From the NCBI GenBank assembly GCA_963773065.1, contig CAVYZN010000023.1:32001-96000 (forward strand): DNA of 64,000 nucleotides, read 5' to 3'. Origin of the DNA: an uncultured Gammaproteobacteria bacterium. GTDB taxonomy: Bacteria; Pseudomonadota; Gammaproteobacteria; UBA9214. Of the stretch, positions 24,901-35,397 are shown piece by piece. The notes beneath the pieces are model-generated. The model did no database searches, was not told where the DNA came from, and saw only the letters and a list, made by a program, of their open reading frames with translations. The first letter of the stretch is position 1. Every line of letters begins with the position of its first letter. The position numbers and the translations under genes are program-made.

Positions 24901-25157
24901 GCGGCGGACCGCGAGAAGGATTCCACTCGATGGATCTGCTCCATGCCTTGATCGCGTTGGCGGATGCCGGTGAATCGGTGCTGCCCTGGCTCGAGCGGTT
25001 CGACGCCGAGGCGCACGGAGATTCTCGCTGGGCTTACGCTTTGTGCGTGAACTGCGGTCGAGACTGGGTCGCTGCGATAGACAAAGTCGTCGCAGTGATC
25101 GAAGGCGCGCCGCTGCTGCAATTCTCCTCCCCTCCCCCGCGAGCGGGAGAGGGTTAG
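21983..25157 (+). CDS. DUF1156-type adenine DNA methyltransferase with Zn-ribbon inserts (multiple frameshifts)
   Basis: MHKWFARRAS, VLDPFMGGGTTVVEALRLG (motif I), several CxxC pairs, ITDPPY (motif IV), LAFTFHH. Confidence 0.85.
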
Positions 25158-25165
25158 GGTGGGGG
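25126..25165. repeat. Palindromic REP-like element (CCCCTCxCCCGC...GCGGGAGAGGGTTAGGGTGxGGG type)
   Basis: cctcccctcccccgcgagcgggagagggttagggtggggg overlaps the methyltransferase stop codon. Confidence 0.5.
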
Positions 25166-25285
25166 CAACGATGGCCGGTTACCTGCTGCTAGAAAGAAGA
25201 ATTCCTGATACCCTCAGAAGCCGGATGGCGTAACGCCAAACGCGGTGCGCATGGGGTTCTTGGATTATCTGCGCGAGCTGCGGAG

Positions 25286-25606
25286 ATGAGGCCGTTCCAT
25301 TTTCCTCGCGGTCACAAGATTCTCGTCGAGGGGATCGAGGACGTGCTGATCGCCACGGGGGAGAACCGCGACGATGTCGCCTCGTACATCGATGACCTGC
25401 TGGCCTCGCGGGCGAACGAATTGGAGCGCATTGGGCGGCTTTGTGCAGATCGTTTTCGAGCGGCGCTTGAGCCAGGCCGACGGACTTCTGGATTGGACGT
25501 CGGTGATATGCGGGTTTCGCTGCGCCGTATCTTCGACTCACCGGCGAAGCAAGTGAGGATCGAGCACGGCAACGAATTTTTCGTAGCGGGGTTTAATCTG
25601 ACATGA
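25286..25606 (+). CDS. Hypothetical protein (106 aa) coupled to the helicase gene
   Basis: Stop overlaps the helicase ATG (ATGA at 25603-25606); co-directional within the operon. Confidence 0.55.
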   Translation: MRPFHFPRGHKILVEGIEDVLIATGENRDDVASYIDDLLASRANELERIGRLCADRFRAALEPGRRTSGLDVGDMRVSLRRIFDSPAKQVRIEHGNEFFVAGFNLT

Positions 25607-28417
25607 GCGAAGCCATTTCTGACGTACAAGATCATCCAAACCGATGACAGGGTCCGGGTGCGGACGCATCCGGAGTGGGGCACGGGCGAGGTGTTGCGGG
25701 TTTCCCAAGAGTTCGGCGTTTATCAAGCCAAGGTTCTCTTCAAGACGAGCGAAGGGGAACACGTCGAGAACCTGCCGGTGGAATGGCTGGAGAAGACCGC
25801 CGACCTCTGGGAACGTCTGGCGGCCGGTGACTTCGACAGTCCCGAAGATTACCGCATCAAGCAGATGGCGCTGGACATGAGCTACGCCAACACCGGCGGT
25901 GAGCTATCCGCCAGCCGTGTGGATCTGCTGCCACATCAGATCCTGCTGGTGCACGACCTGGTCGGGCAATCGCCGCGGCGCATACTGATCGCCGATGAGG
26001 TGGGTCTTGGCAAGACCATCGAGACCGGCATGCTGATCCGCGAGCTGATTGCGCGCGGCGACGCCAAGCGCATCCTGATCGTGGCCCCGGCGGGTCTGGT
26101 TGAGAACTGGCGCCGGGAGTTGGAAGGCTGTTTCCGGTTGCACTTCGATATCCTGGGAAGAGATTTCCAGGATCACGGCTCGGCCGCTTGGGAACGGCAC
26201 AGCCAGGTCATTGCCTCGATTGATACGCTGAAGCAGCAGCGCCGGTTGCAGCGCCTGCTCGCCGCCGCGCCCTGGGACTTGGTGATCTTCGATGAGGCGC
26301 ACCATGTTTCGCGCACGCGCAGCGGCAAAAAAACGGTGACGACCCAGAATTACAAGCTGGCCGAGGCATTGCGCAACCACACGCGCGATCTGATGTTCCT
26401 CTCGGCGACGCCGCACCAAGGCAACGCTTTTCAGTTCTGGTCGCTGCTCCAGATTCTGGACGATCAGCTTTTCGCCAACCCGGACGCCATTACCCACCAC
26501 CGCGGCTTGTTAAACCGTGTGATGATCCGGCGCACCAAGCGCGAGGTGACCGATGTCTCAGGCAAGCCAATTTTCCGCCGGCGTCTGGTATATACCGAAC
26601 GCTTCTCCCTCGCCCCACGCGAGCGACTAGTTCTACGAGCAGTTGAGCGACTATCTGCGTGAAGGCTACAACGCCGCCGGAATTGATCAGAAGCGCACCA
26701 CCAACCAACAGCGGGCCATCGGGTTTGTGATGGCGACATTCCAGAAGATCATGTCGTCGAGTCCGCGGGCAATCCGTCAGGCCCTGCGCCGCAGGCTGCT
26801 TGTACTGCTTGCGCGTAAGCAATTGGAGCTGGAAGTCAGGCGCCGCAGCACACAAGCGCCTGCCAAGGCGGCGGTGTGGGCCGAGGAGATCCTGCGCATA
26901 CAGGACGAAATGCTGGCCGTCGCCAAGGCGATTCTGGGTGAGGGTTCCGCCACGAATAGCGATGCCGAGGCCTACGTCGGGCGCATCCGGCGTCGCTTGC
27001 AGAAGCGTGAAGAGCAGTTGGAAGTGACGGAGTGGTCGCTGGATGGCGATGAGGAGGGGGAAGAAGGAGTATTTGCCGAATCCAATATCCCGGATGAAAT
27101 TCCGAAGGTGCGTGATTTGATTGCGAACGTCCCCGATGGGCCGGATCGCCGCTTCGAGACTCTGGTGCGCGCCATCAGTGACTTGACGCGGGATAACACC
27201 ACCGAGAGGGTTTGTGATCTTCACGCAATACCGGGATACGCTCGGGTTTCTCGCCGAAGAACTGGGCCGTATCTTCGGACGATCGCTACATCGCGACGCT
27301 TAAGGGCGGGCCGCTGGAGGATAAGATCGCGGCGATGGAGGCGTTCTGGAAGGAAGACGGCGCGCGCTTCCTGATTTGCACCTCGGCGGGCGGCGAAGGC
27401 ATCAACCTGCAGATCGGTCGAATTCTCTTCAATTACGATCTGCCCTGGAATCCGATGGCGGTGGAGCAGCGCATTGGCCGCATTCATCGCTACGGGCAAC
27501 AGGAAACTGTGCAGGTGTACAACCTCTTTGCCGAGGACACGGTCGAGCAGCGGATTTACGACCTGCTCGACCATAAGTTGCAGGAAATTGCCCAGTCCAT
27601 CGGCAAGGTGGACGACCAGGGTTCACCACGAGAGGATTTCCGCAGCGAAATTTTGGGTCTTTTGGGCAGCCGTCCAGATTACCAGGATCTCTACAAGCGC
27701 GCGCTGGTGGATCAAGACTATCGCCGGACGGAGAAGGAACTGGCCGTGATGATCAACGAGGCCAACCGGGCACGGGAAGCATTGGGTGCACTTTCGCAGG
27801 ACCTCACAGGTTTCAATCTGGAGAACTATCGCAAAATCGAAGGCCGGCACACGCTCGACGAGTTAGGCCAGTGGGTGCGCGCGGCGGTGCTTCGTCTGGG
27901 CGGCGGCACCATCCCGGAAGGCGAGTTCTGGACATTCCATACCCCTGAGGCGTTACAGCGCCGGTATCACCTCGCGCCGCGCTACGAGAAAATGTGTTTT
28001 GATCGCACGCTGTCCTTGCGCAGCCGCGGAAGTGAGCTGGGTGGTATCGGGCACCCCTTGGTGGATGCACTGCTCAAGGAAGCGCGGGAGCCGAACTTCA
28101 CCGGCGAGGTATCACATTTGGCAGCCGGAAATGCCATCTGTGCACGATATCTGGTGCAATACGATGGCGAACACGGCCAGATCGCAAGCCGCGTTCTTAC
28201 CCTATGTGGTACTCCCGAAGGTGACATTAAGGTCATTGATCACGTGGGGTGGGTGCTAGGGCAAGATGTTCCAGGCGCCGAGGCCCAACACTTTGACATT
28301 GGAAAGCTCAAGTCGCGCTTCGAGGAATTTAGGAAGAGCGTGATTCTGGAGTGGATCCCAGACCGTCAGAAGCGCGCGCGAGTTACAACAACACCAATTG
28401 GTATTCACGCTGGATAG
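25603..28417 (+). CDS. SNF2/SWI2-family helicase (frameshifted)
   Basis: LIADEVGLGKTIE, DEAHH, SATPHQG, GEGINLQ, YDLPWNPMAVEQRIGRIHRYGQ. Confidence 0.9.
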
Positions 28418-28477
28418 CAGTCATTGATCGAAACGGTCGCGACATGGCACTCCGCCTCTGCGGTGAATCACGCTTTT

Positions 28478-29839
28478 TCACGCGCCGGCAACCGTCATCT
28501 GCTCGATCAGCACCGAGCCCGAACGGATGTTGCCGCGCAGATCGACATCGTTGCCCACTTCGACGATGCCGAGAAACATGTCCCTCAGGTTGCCGGCCAC
28601 CGTGATCGCATCGACCGGGTAGCGGATCTCCCCGCCTTCGACCCAGAATCCGGCCACGCCGCGGGAGTAGTCGCCGGTCACCATATTGACGCCGAAACCG
28701 ATGAGTTCGGTCACCAGCAACCCCGTGTCCATCGCGCGCAGCAGGGCGGGAAGATCCTTCCCGCCGGGATCGATGGTCAGATTGCGCACGCCGCCGGCAT
28801 TGCCGGTCGTCGGCATGCCCAACTTGCACGCGGCATAGCTGTCCAGCACATAACCCTGCAGTATGCCGCCGCTGACGATGTCGCGCGCCTGCGTGGCCAC
28901 CCCTTCATGGTCATACGGCGCGCTGCCCAGCGCCTTTTTCAGCAGGGGCTGTTCGTGGATATGCATGAAACCCGGAAATACCTGCTTGCCCAGGTGGTCG
29001 ACGAGAAAGGAGGCGTTGCGGTACAGATTGCCGCCCTTGACGGCGGAGACGAAATTGCCGAACAGGCCGCCGGCGACATCGGCGGCAAACACGACCGGGA
29101 CCCGGCGCGTCGTCAGGTGCCGGGTTCCCAGACGCTGGATGGTTCGTTCACCGGCCTTGCGTCCCACCGCCGCCGGCGTTTCGAGATCATGATGATCGCG
29201 GGCGGAGAAAAACCAGTGATCCCGCTGCATCTCCTCACCCTGCCTGCCGACCACCGCGCAGCCGATGCTGTGCCGGCTGGTCTTGTAGCCGCCGAGAAAC
29301 CCGTGGCTGCTTCCCATGACACGCAGTCCGGCATGACTGGAGAGCGTGGCCCCCTCGGAATTGACGATACGCGCGTCCACGCCGCGCGCCGCATCCTCGC
29401 ATTCCCGCGCCAGGCCGATGGCCTGCTCGGCGCTGACCGGCCACGGATGATACAGATCCAGATCGGGTATCACCGTGGCCAGGCGGGCGGCGTCCGCCAG
29501 CGCGGCGCAGGGATCGCTGCTCGTGTAGCGGGCGATATCGCAGGCCGCCTTGACGGTGGCGCGCAGGCCCTCCGGCTCGAAATCCGCCGTGCTGGCGGAA
29601 CCCTTGCGGTGATCGAAGTAAACGGTCAGCCCGAGGCCGCGGTCACGGTGATATTCCAGGGTTTCCGTCTCACCGAGGCGCACGGTCACGGAAAGCCCGG
29701 TATCGATGCTGACGCCGGCCTCCACGCCATCGGCGCCCAGTTGCCGGGCCTGCGCGATCACGTCCTGCACCAGATCCTCGAGGCGGGACTGCTCGGGAAA
29801 CGGCGGCTGTGCTTCAGTCTGGATCGTCGACATAGTCAT
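28478..29839 (-). CDS. pmbA: Metalloprotease PmbA/TldE
   Basis: SVTVRLGETETLEYHRD, SAPYDHEGV, GVNMVTGDYSRG, TVAGNLRDMF. Confidence 0.95.
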   Translation of the reverse strand: MTMSTIQTEAQPPFPEQSRLEDLVQDVIAQARQLGADGVEAGVSIDTGLSVTVRLGETETLEYHRDRGLGLTVYFDHRKGSASTADFEPEGLRATVKAACDIARYTSSDPCAALADAARLATVIPDLDLYHPWPVSAEQAIGLARECEDAARGVDARIVNSEGATLSSHAGLRVMGSSHGFLGGYKTSRHSIGCAVVGRQGEEMQRDHWFFSARDHHDLETPAAVGRKAGERTIQRLGTRHLTTRRVPVVFAADVAGGLFGNFVSAVKGGNLYRNASFLVDHLGKQVFPGFMHIHEQPLLKKALGSAPYDHEGVATQARDIVSGGILQGYVLDSYAACKLGMPTTGNAGGVRNLTIDPGGKDLPALLRAMDTGLLVTELIGFGVNMVTGDYSRGVAGFWVEGGEIRYPVDAITVAGNLRDMFLGIVEVGNDVDLRGNIRSGSVLIEQMTVAGA

Positions 29840-29939
29840 TCCTTCACACGGTGGCGCGATTCTACCGGGCATCACCCGGGCGGACAAATCGGCCTGGAAC
29901 CGCTATCCTTGCAGACCGTAACCGGGAGTCGCGAGGCCC

Positions 29940-30449
29940 ATGCAGGATACGGAATTCGACCAGCCGGAAGCGCCCAGCAAGTCCCGGCGCAAGCGCGACA
30001 TGCTCGACTTGCAGAAGCTCGGCGAGGAGTTGCTCACCTTCACCGACGCTGCCTTGCGGCAGATGGGACTGCCGGAACCGTTGCTCGATGCGCTCGAAAC
30101 CGCCCGCCGGATCACGGCGCATGGCGGACTCCGGCGCCAGTTGCAATACATCGGGAAACTGATGCGCGATCTCGATACCGCTCCCATCCGCTCGGCCATC
30201 GCGTCACGGCGGCAGCAGCAAACCACCCATAGCCGGGCCTTTCACCGGCTGGAATTGCTGCGCGAGGCGCTGATCAATGACATTGATGCCGCTCTCGCCG
30301 GGGTGCTCGAACAATTTCCCGCGGCCGACCGGCAGCAATTGCGCCGACTCGCCCGCCAGGCGCGCACGGAGCGGGAAACCCGCCAGCCCCCGCGCGCGGC
30401 GCGCGCCCTGTTCCGCTACCTGCGCGAGCTGCAGGAGCACGCCGGCTGA
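29940..30449 (+). CDS. yjgA: Ribosome biogenesis factor YjgA (DarP)
   Basis: SKSRRKRDMLDLQKLGEEL, RRQLQYIGKLMR, ARALFRYLRE; divergent from pmbA. Confidence 0.93.
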   Translation: MQDTEFDQPEAPSKSRRKRDMLDLQKLGEELLTFTDAALRQMGLPEPLLDALETARRITAHGGLRRQLQYIGKLMRDLDTAPIRSAIASRRQQQTTHSRAFHRLELLREALINDIDAALAGVLEQFPAADRQQLRRLARQARTERETRQPPRAARALFRYLRELQEHAG

Positions 30450-30599
30450 ACCGGCGGCGGGCGACGTTAGGCTTCAGCCCAAGTCGTGGAACCTAGGGTG
30501 TACCGGGAGTGTTCCGCGGTACGCCGACATCCAAACTGCCGGCGGGTTTGACTTCTTAACCTGCCTGCAACCTGTTTCGCCCCGCGCGCACGCAGCAGG

Positions 30600-30953
30600 C
30601 TACTCGTCGGGGCACACCAGACGCGCCAGTTGGTCGGGAATGGACCCCGCGGTGATGGGGTTCTCTTCGGAGGAGTCAGGTTGCGACGTGGCCAGTTCTT
30701 CGAGATTCTCACCCTCGCCCAGGTAGCGCACGGTGTGGGCGGCGCAGTCGAACTCCCGCTTGACGTAATGGGTGATGCCGGTCGCGACCCGTTTGACGAC
30801 CAGGGTGGGCTTGCCCGGGCTGCCGCCCTGCTCGACCAGGAAATACTGGCCCTCGAGATCCGTCTGGATGTCGATCGGGGTGTCATCGGCGAGTGCGGAC
30901 AGTGCCCCGAGCGGGCCCGATAAGGCGATAATCAGAACAGCATTCGAGCGCAT
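30600..30953 (-). CDS. Small secreted hypothetical protein
   Basis: 117 aa, signal-peptide-like N-terminus (…ALSALA/DD), GGAGA upstream, two cysteines. Confidence 0.6.
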   Translation of the reverse strand: MRSNAVLIIALSGPLGALSALADDTPIDIQTDLEGQYFLVEQGGSPGKPTLVVKRVATGITHYVKREFDCAAHTVRYLGEGENLEELATSQPDSSEENPITAGSIPDQLARLVCPDE

Positions 30954-30976
30954 GGGATTCTCCGGTGTCTTGGGTG

Positions 30977-31010
30977 AAAAAGGGCCCCGCCGGGTTGCCC
31001 GGCGGGGCCT
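30977..31010 (-). terminator. Rho-independent terminator after cytochrome copy 1
   Basis: Minus strand GGCCCCGCCGGG-CAA-CCCGGCGGGGCC followed by CTTTTT. Confidence 0.75.
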
Positions 31011-31046
31011 GGTTTACGGCGGCGGCGTCCCTGCCGCCTCTAGTGG

Positions 31047-34000
31047 CTACTGGTTAGGTACGCAAGTGCTGTCCCAGTAACTCGTGCTGTGGCACACGGC
31101 GCAGCCCACTGGCTGGCCCGTCTGCACCGTCCGACTGCTGAAGGTGCGGGTGTTGAGGACGCGCGAGAGCACCGTGCCGCAACTGTTGCTGCGGCTGGTG
31201 CCGCCGTGGCAGACCTGACAGTTGCTGAAGTTCCCGCCAGGACCTTCGTGCACGCTGCTGCTCGACCACGGGGTGCTGTTGAATGCGATCCGGTGCAGTC
31301 CGTGCGGTCCGTTCAGGTTGTTCCCCGGGTTGCCGGTGCCATGACAGGTGGTGCAGTCGGCGATGGTACCAACGTGGCCCTGCAACTGGGTGGCGGTGAC
31401 GTTGTCGTTGGCGTTCGGATTGGCGTTCGGCCACTCCGCATGGGTCGCCCCATGGCAGCCCTCGCACATTACCCCGCTGTGGCCCGTGCTCACCCGGTAG
31501 AGCTGCGGATTGCCCGCGCCCGCGTTGGGAGTACCGTTGAAGGATGCCGGCACCGCGGGTTCCGCGAACCGCTTGTTGGTCGGCACGATGGGCGTCGCCT
31601 TGGCATCGCCGGTGCGGAAGGCCTGGCGCAGCCGTATGCCGTCGGTGTAGCCGTTGCTGTCCACCGTATTGACGACGAGGCCGCCGCCGGTGGTCACCCG
31701 GCTGACCGCGTCACCCGTATGGCAGGACCCGCAGCCCGGCTCGTTGGCCCATGGCACCCGCGGCGTGTTGGCGTTGGTGTAGAAGTCCTTCGCCAGGATG
31801 AAGGCCCCCGCGTTGCTCGGCGAGACGTTCTTCGAGAAGTCGTTGCCCACCTGGACCATCGAACCGTGGCAGTCGCTGCACAGCACTTCCGCATTGAACA
31901 TCGCGCCGCGCAGGCACTTGGTGTTCGTGCCCGGGTGGCACTCGTAGCAACTGTTCTCCAGCGCCGTCACGCGCGCGCTCTGGTTGGTGATGTTGCCGTT
32001 GGCGTCCTGTATCGGGGCCGGGATGGTGGGGAACATCGCACCGCCGTTTCTATCCAGCGCCGTGATGGAGCCATGGTGGTTGTGCATCACGCGCGAGTTG
32101 CTCTGGTGACCCACCTGGTTACGCCCGTTGGCGATCGTGCCGGTGGCGCCGGCCAGCGGGCCGAGCTGCGCCAGGTCGAGCGCCGGGGTGTAGTGGCAGA
32201 CCTGACAGACCACGGGCTTGCCCTGCACCAGCGCCTTGTTGATCAGGCAACTCGGCGTCCCGTTCGGGGCGCCACTGTTGATGGTGCAGGGGTCGGCCGC
32301 CGTGTTGAGGCAGTTCTCCCCCCCGTGTCACACGCCGTGCTCACGTAGTGGGCTCCGTGCTTCAGGTCGTGCAGGCGCAGCAGGTTGATGTCCGCGGCGT
32401 ACTCCAGGCTGACCTTGGGCGGCATGTTGCTGTCCGGGTCGTTCAGGCTGGTCGCCACCGGCAAGCCGGCCGTGCTGAGCGTAGTGGTGGGAATGTCGGT
32501 GCGGTTGGCCACACCGTACACGCTGGTGTAATCGGCGTTGGTGCTGTGGCAGGTGACGCAGCTCGCCTCACCGGAGATGGGCAGAACCGTGTCCACCGTG
32601 GAGAGCACCGTGCCGCCCGTGTTCTTCGCCTGCACCCGCACCAGCGGGTAGGCGTTCTCCCGCCCGAAGTCGTCGAAGGACGCGTACGGAATGCCCGCAC
32701 CCTCGAACCAGTCGACGTTCGCCGCCACGTAGCCGAAGGCAAAGTTCGTGAAGAACGGCTTGTTGATGAAGTGCTCCTGGACCAGTTGCGGAACGTTGTT
32801 GGTGTACGGGTTACCGATCCCGGGCATGGCATGCAGCACCGCTTCCAGGGTCACGTCGCTGCCGCCCAACTGTCCGTCACTGCCGATGTAGAACTTCTCC
32901 ATGTTCGGCACCGGCAGCCCGGTGTCCGCCGTGACGTTGAACGGCGGGCCGGCGAGCGGGGTCAAGGTCGCACTGGGACCCACGAGCGGGTTGTAGGCCG
33001 GATAGAACGGGTCATAGGTCCCGGCCGGGATCACATTCCAGAAGTTGGTCTTGTAGGTGCTGCCGTCATCGCGCACCCCGTTCAGGACCCCCGACTGGCC
33101 GAGGATCGGGTCGTTGGCGTTCGCCGCCGCCGAGTAGTACAGGCTCACGCCCGCCGGATTCAGCGTCGGGATCGTCGCTTTCTGCACCACCTGCGCCAGC
33201 ATCACCTGGAACGGCGGCAGGATGCTCGCGATACGGGTATCCAGGTCGCCGCAATGCATGCCGAGGTCGTTGATGGCCAGCACGCTGTAGCTCGTGTTCG
33301 CCACCTGCGCCTGCACCGGCACGACCGTGGTCACCGGGTTCACCGAGTTCTGGCTGGTGGAGTTGATGGAGGTGTTGGCCCTCCGCCGTCGTTGTCGTTG
33401 ATGGTGCCCACGCCCTGATTGTCGGCGATGGTGGCGTTGGTCGCACCCGAGAGGTTGACGTTGAAGGTCTCGGTCGATTCGACCGCGGTGTCGTTGATGG
33501 TCGTCACCGCGAAGGTCTGGGTCGTGGTATTTGGCGCGAAGGTCAGCGTCACGTTGCTGCGGGCGGTGTAGTCGCCGGGAGCCACAGCGGTGCCGTTGGC
33601 GGTGCTGGCGACCACGGTCACCGTCGAGGTGGAGGCCGCCGACAGGCTGACGGTAAAGTTGGCGGCGCCGCCCTCGGTCACGGTCACGTTGTTGATCGAG
33701 AGGCTGGGCTGGGCCGTGTCGTTGTCGTTGATGGTGCCCACGCCCTGGGCATCGGCGATGATCGCGTTGCTCGGGTTCGAGAGGTTGACGTTGAAGGTCT
33801 CGGTCGACTCCGCCGTGGTGTCGTTGATGGTCGTCACCGCGAAGGTCTGGGTCGTGGTATTTGGCGCGAAGTTCAGCGTCACGTTGCTGCGGGCGGTGTA
33901 GTCGCCGGGAGCCACAGCGGTGCCGTTGGCGGTGCTGGCGACCACGGTCACCGTCGAGGTGGAGGCCGCCGACAGGCTGACGGTAAAGTTGGCGGCGCCG

Positions 34001-35102
34001 CCCTCGGTCACGGTCACGTTGTTGATCGAGAGGCTGGGCTGGGCCGTGTCGTTGTCGTTGATGGTGCCCACGCCCTGGGCATCAGCGATGATCGCGTTGC
34101 TCGGGTTCGACAGGTTGACGTTGAAGGTCTCAGTCGACTCCGCCGTGGTGTCGTTGATGGTCGTCACCGCGAAGGTCTGGGTCGTGGTGCCAACCGGGAA
34201 GCTCAGCGTCACATTGCTGCGGGCGGTGTAGTCGCCAGGAGCCACGGCGGTGCCGTTGGCGGTGCTGGCGGCGACCGTCACCGTCGTCGTGGACGCAGCC
34301 GATAGGCTAACCGTGAAGTTGGCGATGCCGCCCTCGGTCACGGTCACGTTGTTGATCGAGAGGCTGCGCGTTCCGGAGGACGGGGTCGTGGCCGTCGCCG
34401 TGCTCGAGTAATTGCTCAGGTTATGGGCCGCGTCTTCGGCCGCACCCGGTAGCGGTACGTGGTGTTCGAGCTACGGCCCGTGTCGTTATAGCTGTTCGTC
34501 GTGGGCGTGGCGATCTGCGAGGTCGGCGTGCAGCTCGATCCCGTGCAGCGATACACGCGATAGTTGGTGACCCCGACGTTGTCGGTCGATGCCGACCAGG
34601 TCAGATTGATCTGGCTCGAGCTCACCGCAGTCGCCGTCAGGTTCTGCGGCGTCGATGGGTTCTGGGTGTCCGGCGTACTGACCGTAACGGACGTAGAGCA
34701 GTCGGCGGTGGTACTGAAGCGGGTGAGATGCAGGCTGGTCGTGAAATTGCCCGCGTTGGCGTAGCTGACCGTGCGGGTGGAGCTCGTGCTCGAGCTCGGA
34801 TTGCCACCCTGGAAGGTCCAGCTATAATTCGGCGTCCCCGAGAAGCCGGTGTACGTGGCGGACCAGTTCACCGACCCCCCGGTGTTGACGGACGGGTTCT
34901 GAGGGCTGATAGTGCAGGTGGCCGCCTGGGATGGCGCCGCGAGCACGAAGCCCGCCAGGAGCGTGAAGGCCGCGGCCGCCAGCCGGGCCCACGAGGTGGT
35001 CCGTCTGGCTTTTGGCGCTGGCCAGCCGGCGGCGGTGGATGTCCCGCACGTCAAGCAGCCGAGATCAGGATGTTTCATCGTTGGTTGTAGCATTGTTTTC
35101 AT
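31047..35102 (-). CDS. Secreted multiheme (9 CxxCH) cytochrome c with PKD-like, FN3 and 3 Calx-beta domains, copy 1 (frameshifted)
   Basis: Signal peptide ...FVLAAPSQA; PKD-like YSWTFQGG; FN3 PSTPQNLTATAVSSSQINLTW; Calx-beta repeats; NDLGMHC; CVTCH, CQVCH, CYECH, CSDCH, CGSCH, CEGCH, CTTCH, CQVCH, CAVCH. Confidence 0.85.
33385..34370 (-). repeat. Three 330-bp tandem Calx-beta coding repeats
   Basis: Near-identical 110-aa units LSINNVTVTEGG...GVGTINDND; shadow ORFs at 33590 and 33920 show the 330-bp period. Confidence 0.9.
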
Positions 35103-35121
35103 CGGACTCTCCCCTTAAACA

Positions 35122-35187
35122 TTACGTAGTTAGCTTCCAACCTGCCGTTGTACCTTACGTAGTTAGCTTCCAACCTGCCCTTGTACC
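35122..35187. repeat. 33-bp tandem duplication in the cytochrome 5' leader
   Basis: TTACGTAGTTAGCTTCCAACCTGCC(G/C)TTGTACC twice, one mismatch. Confidence 0.85.
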
Positions 35188-35303
35188 GCTATGCTTGCCG
35201 AGCCGCGGCATCGCGCCGCCGCCCGCTCGCTTCGAATTGCATTTGACTTTCTGCCGGCGCCGCGCAACCCGGCAACCGCGACCGGCATGAGAACGGTTAT
35301 ACA

Positions 35304-35321
35304 GGCAAGACCGGTGCCAAA
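35304..35321 (-). promoter_or_regulatory. sigma-54 (-24/-12) promoter of cytochrome copy 1
   Basis: Minus strand TTTGGCAC-CGGTC-TTGCC matches TGGCAC-N5-TTGC. Confidence 0.8.
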
Positions 35322-35336
35322 CAGCCGCAATAAAGT

Positions 35337-35348
35337 TAACTGCTTGAT
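35337..35348 (-). promoter_or_regulatory. Putative IHF site
   Basis: ATCAA-GCAG-TTA resembles WATCAANNNNTTR and lies between the promoter and the enhancer. Confidence 0.5.
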
Positions 35349-35397
35349 CGGCTGAACAACCCTAATAATCCTGGGGGCGAACTCCGCACCGGGCGTC

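Noticed and set aside
15498-28417. Calling the island a canonical BREX type, a type III R-M system or a prophage
   Set aside because: No recognisable brxA, brxB or brxL, no Res/Mod pair, and no phage structural or integrase genes.
33385-34370. Tandem repeats considered as a CRISPR array or DGR template/variable repeats
   Set aside because: They are 330-bp in-frame coding Calx-beta units with no spacers; there is no cas or reverse transcriptase gene and no adenine-specific variation.
35122-35187. 33-bp direct repeat considered as a mini-CRISPR
   Set aside because: The two units are directly adjacent with no spacer.
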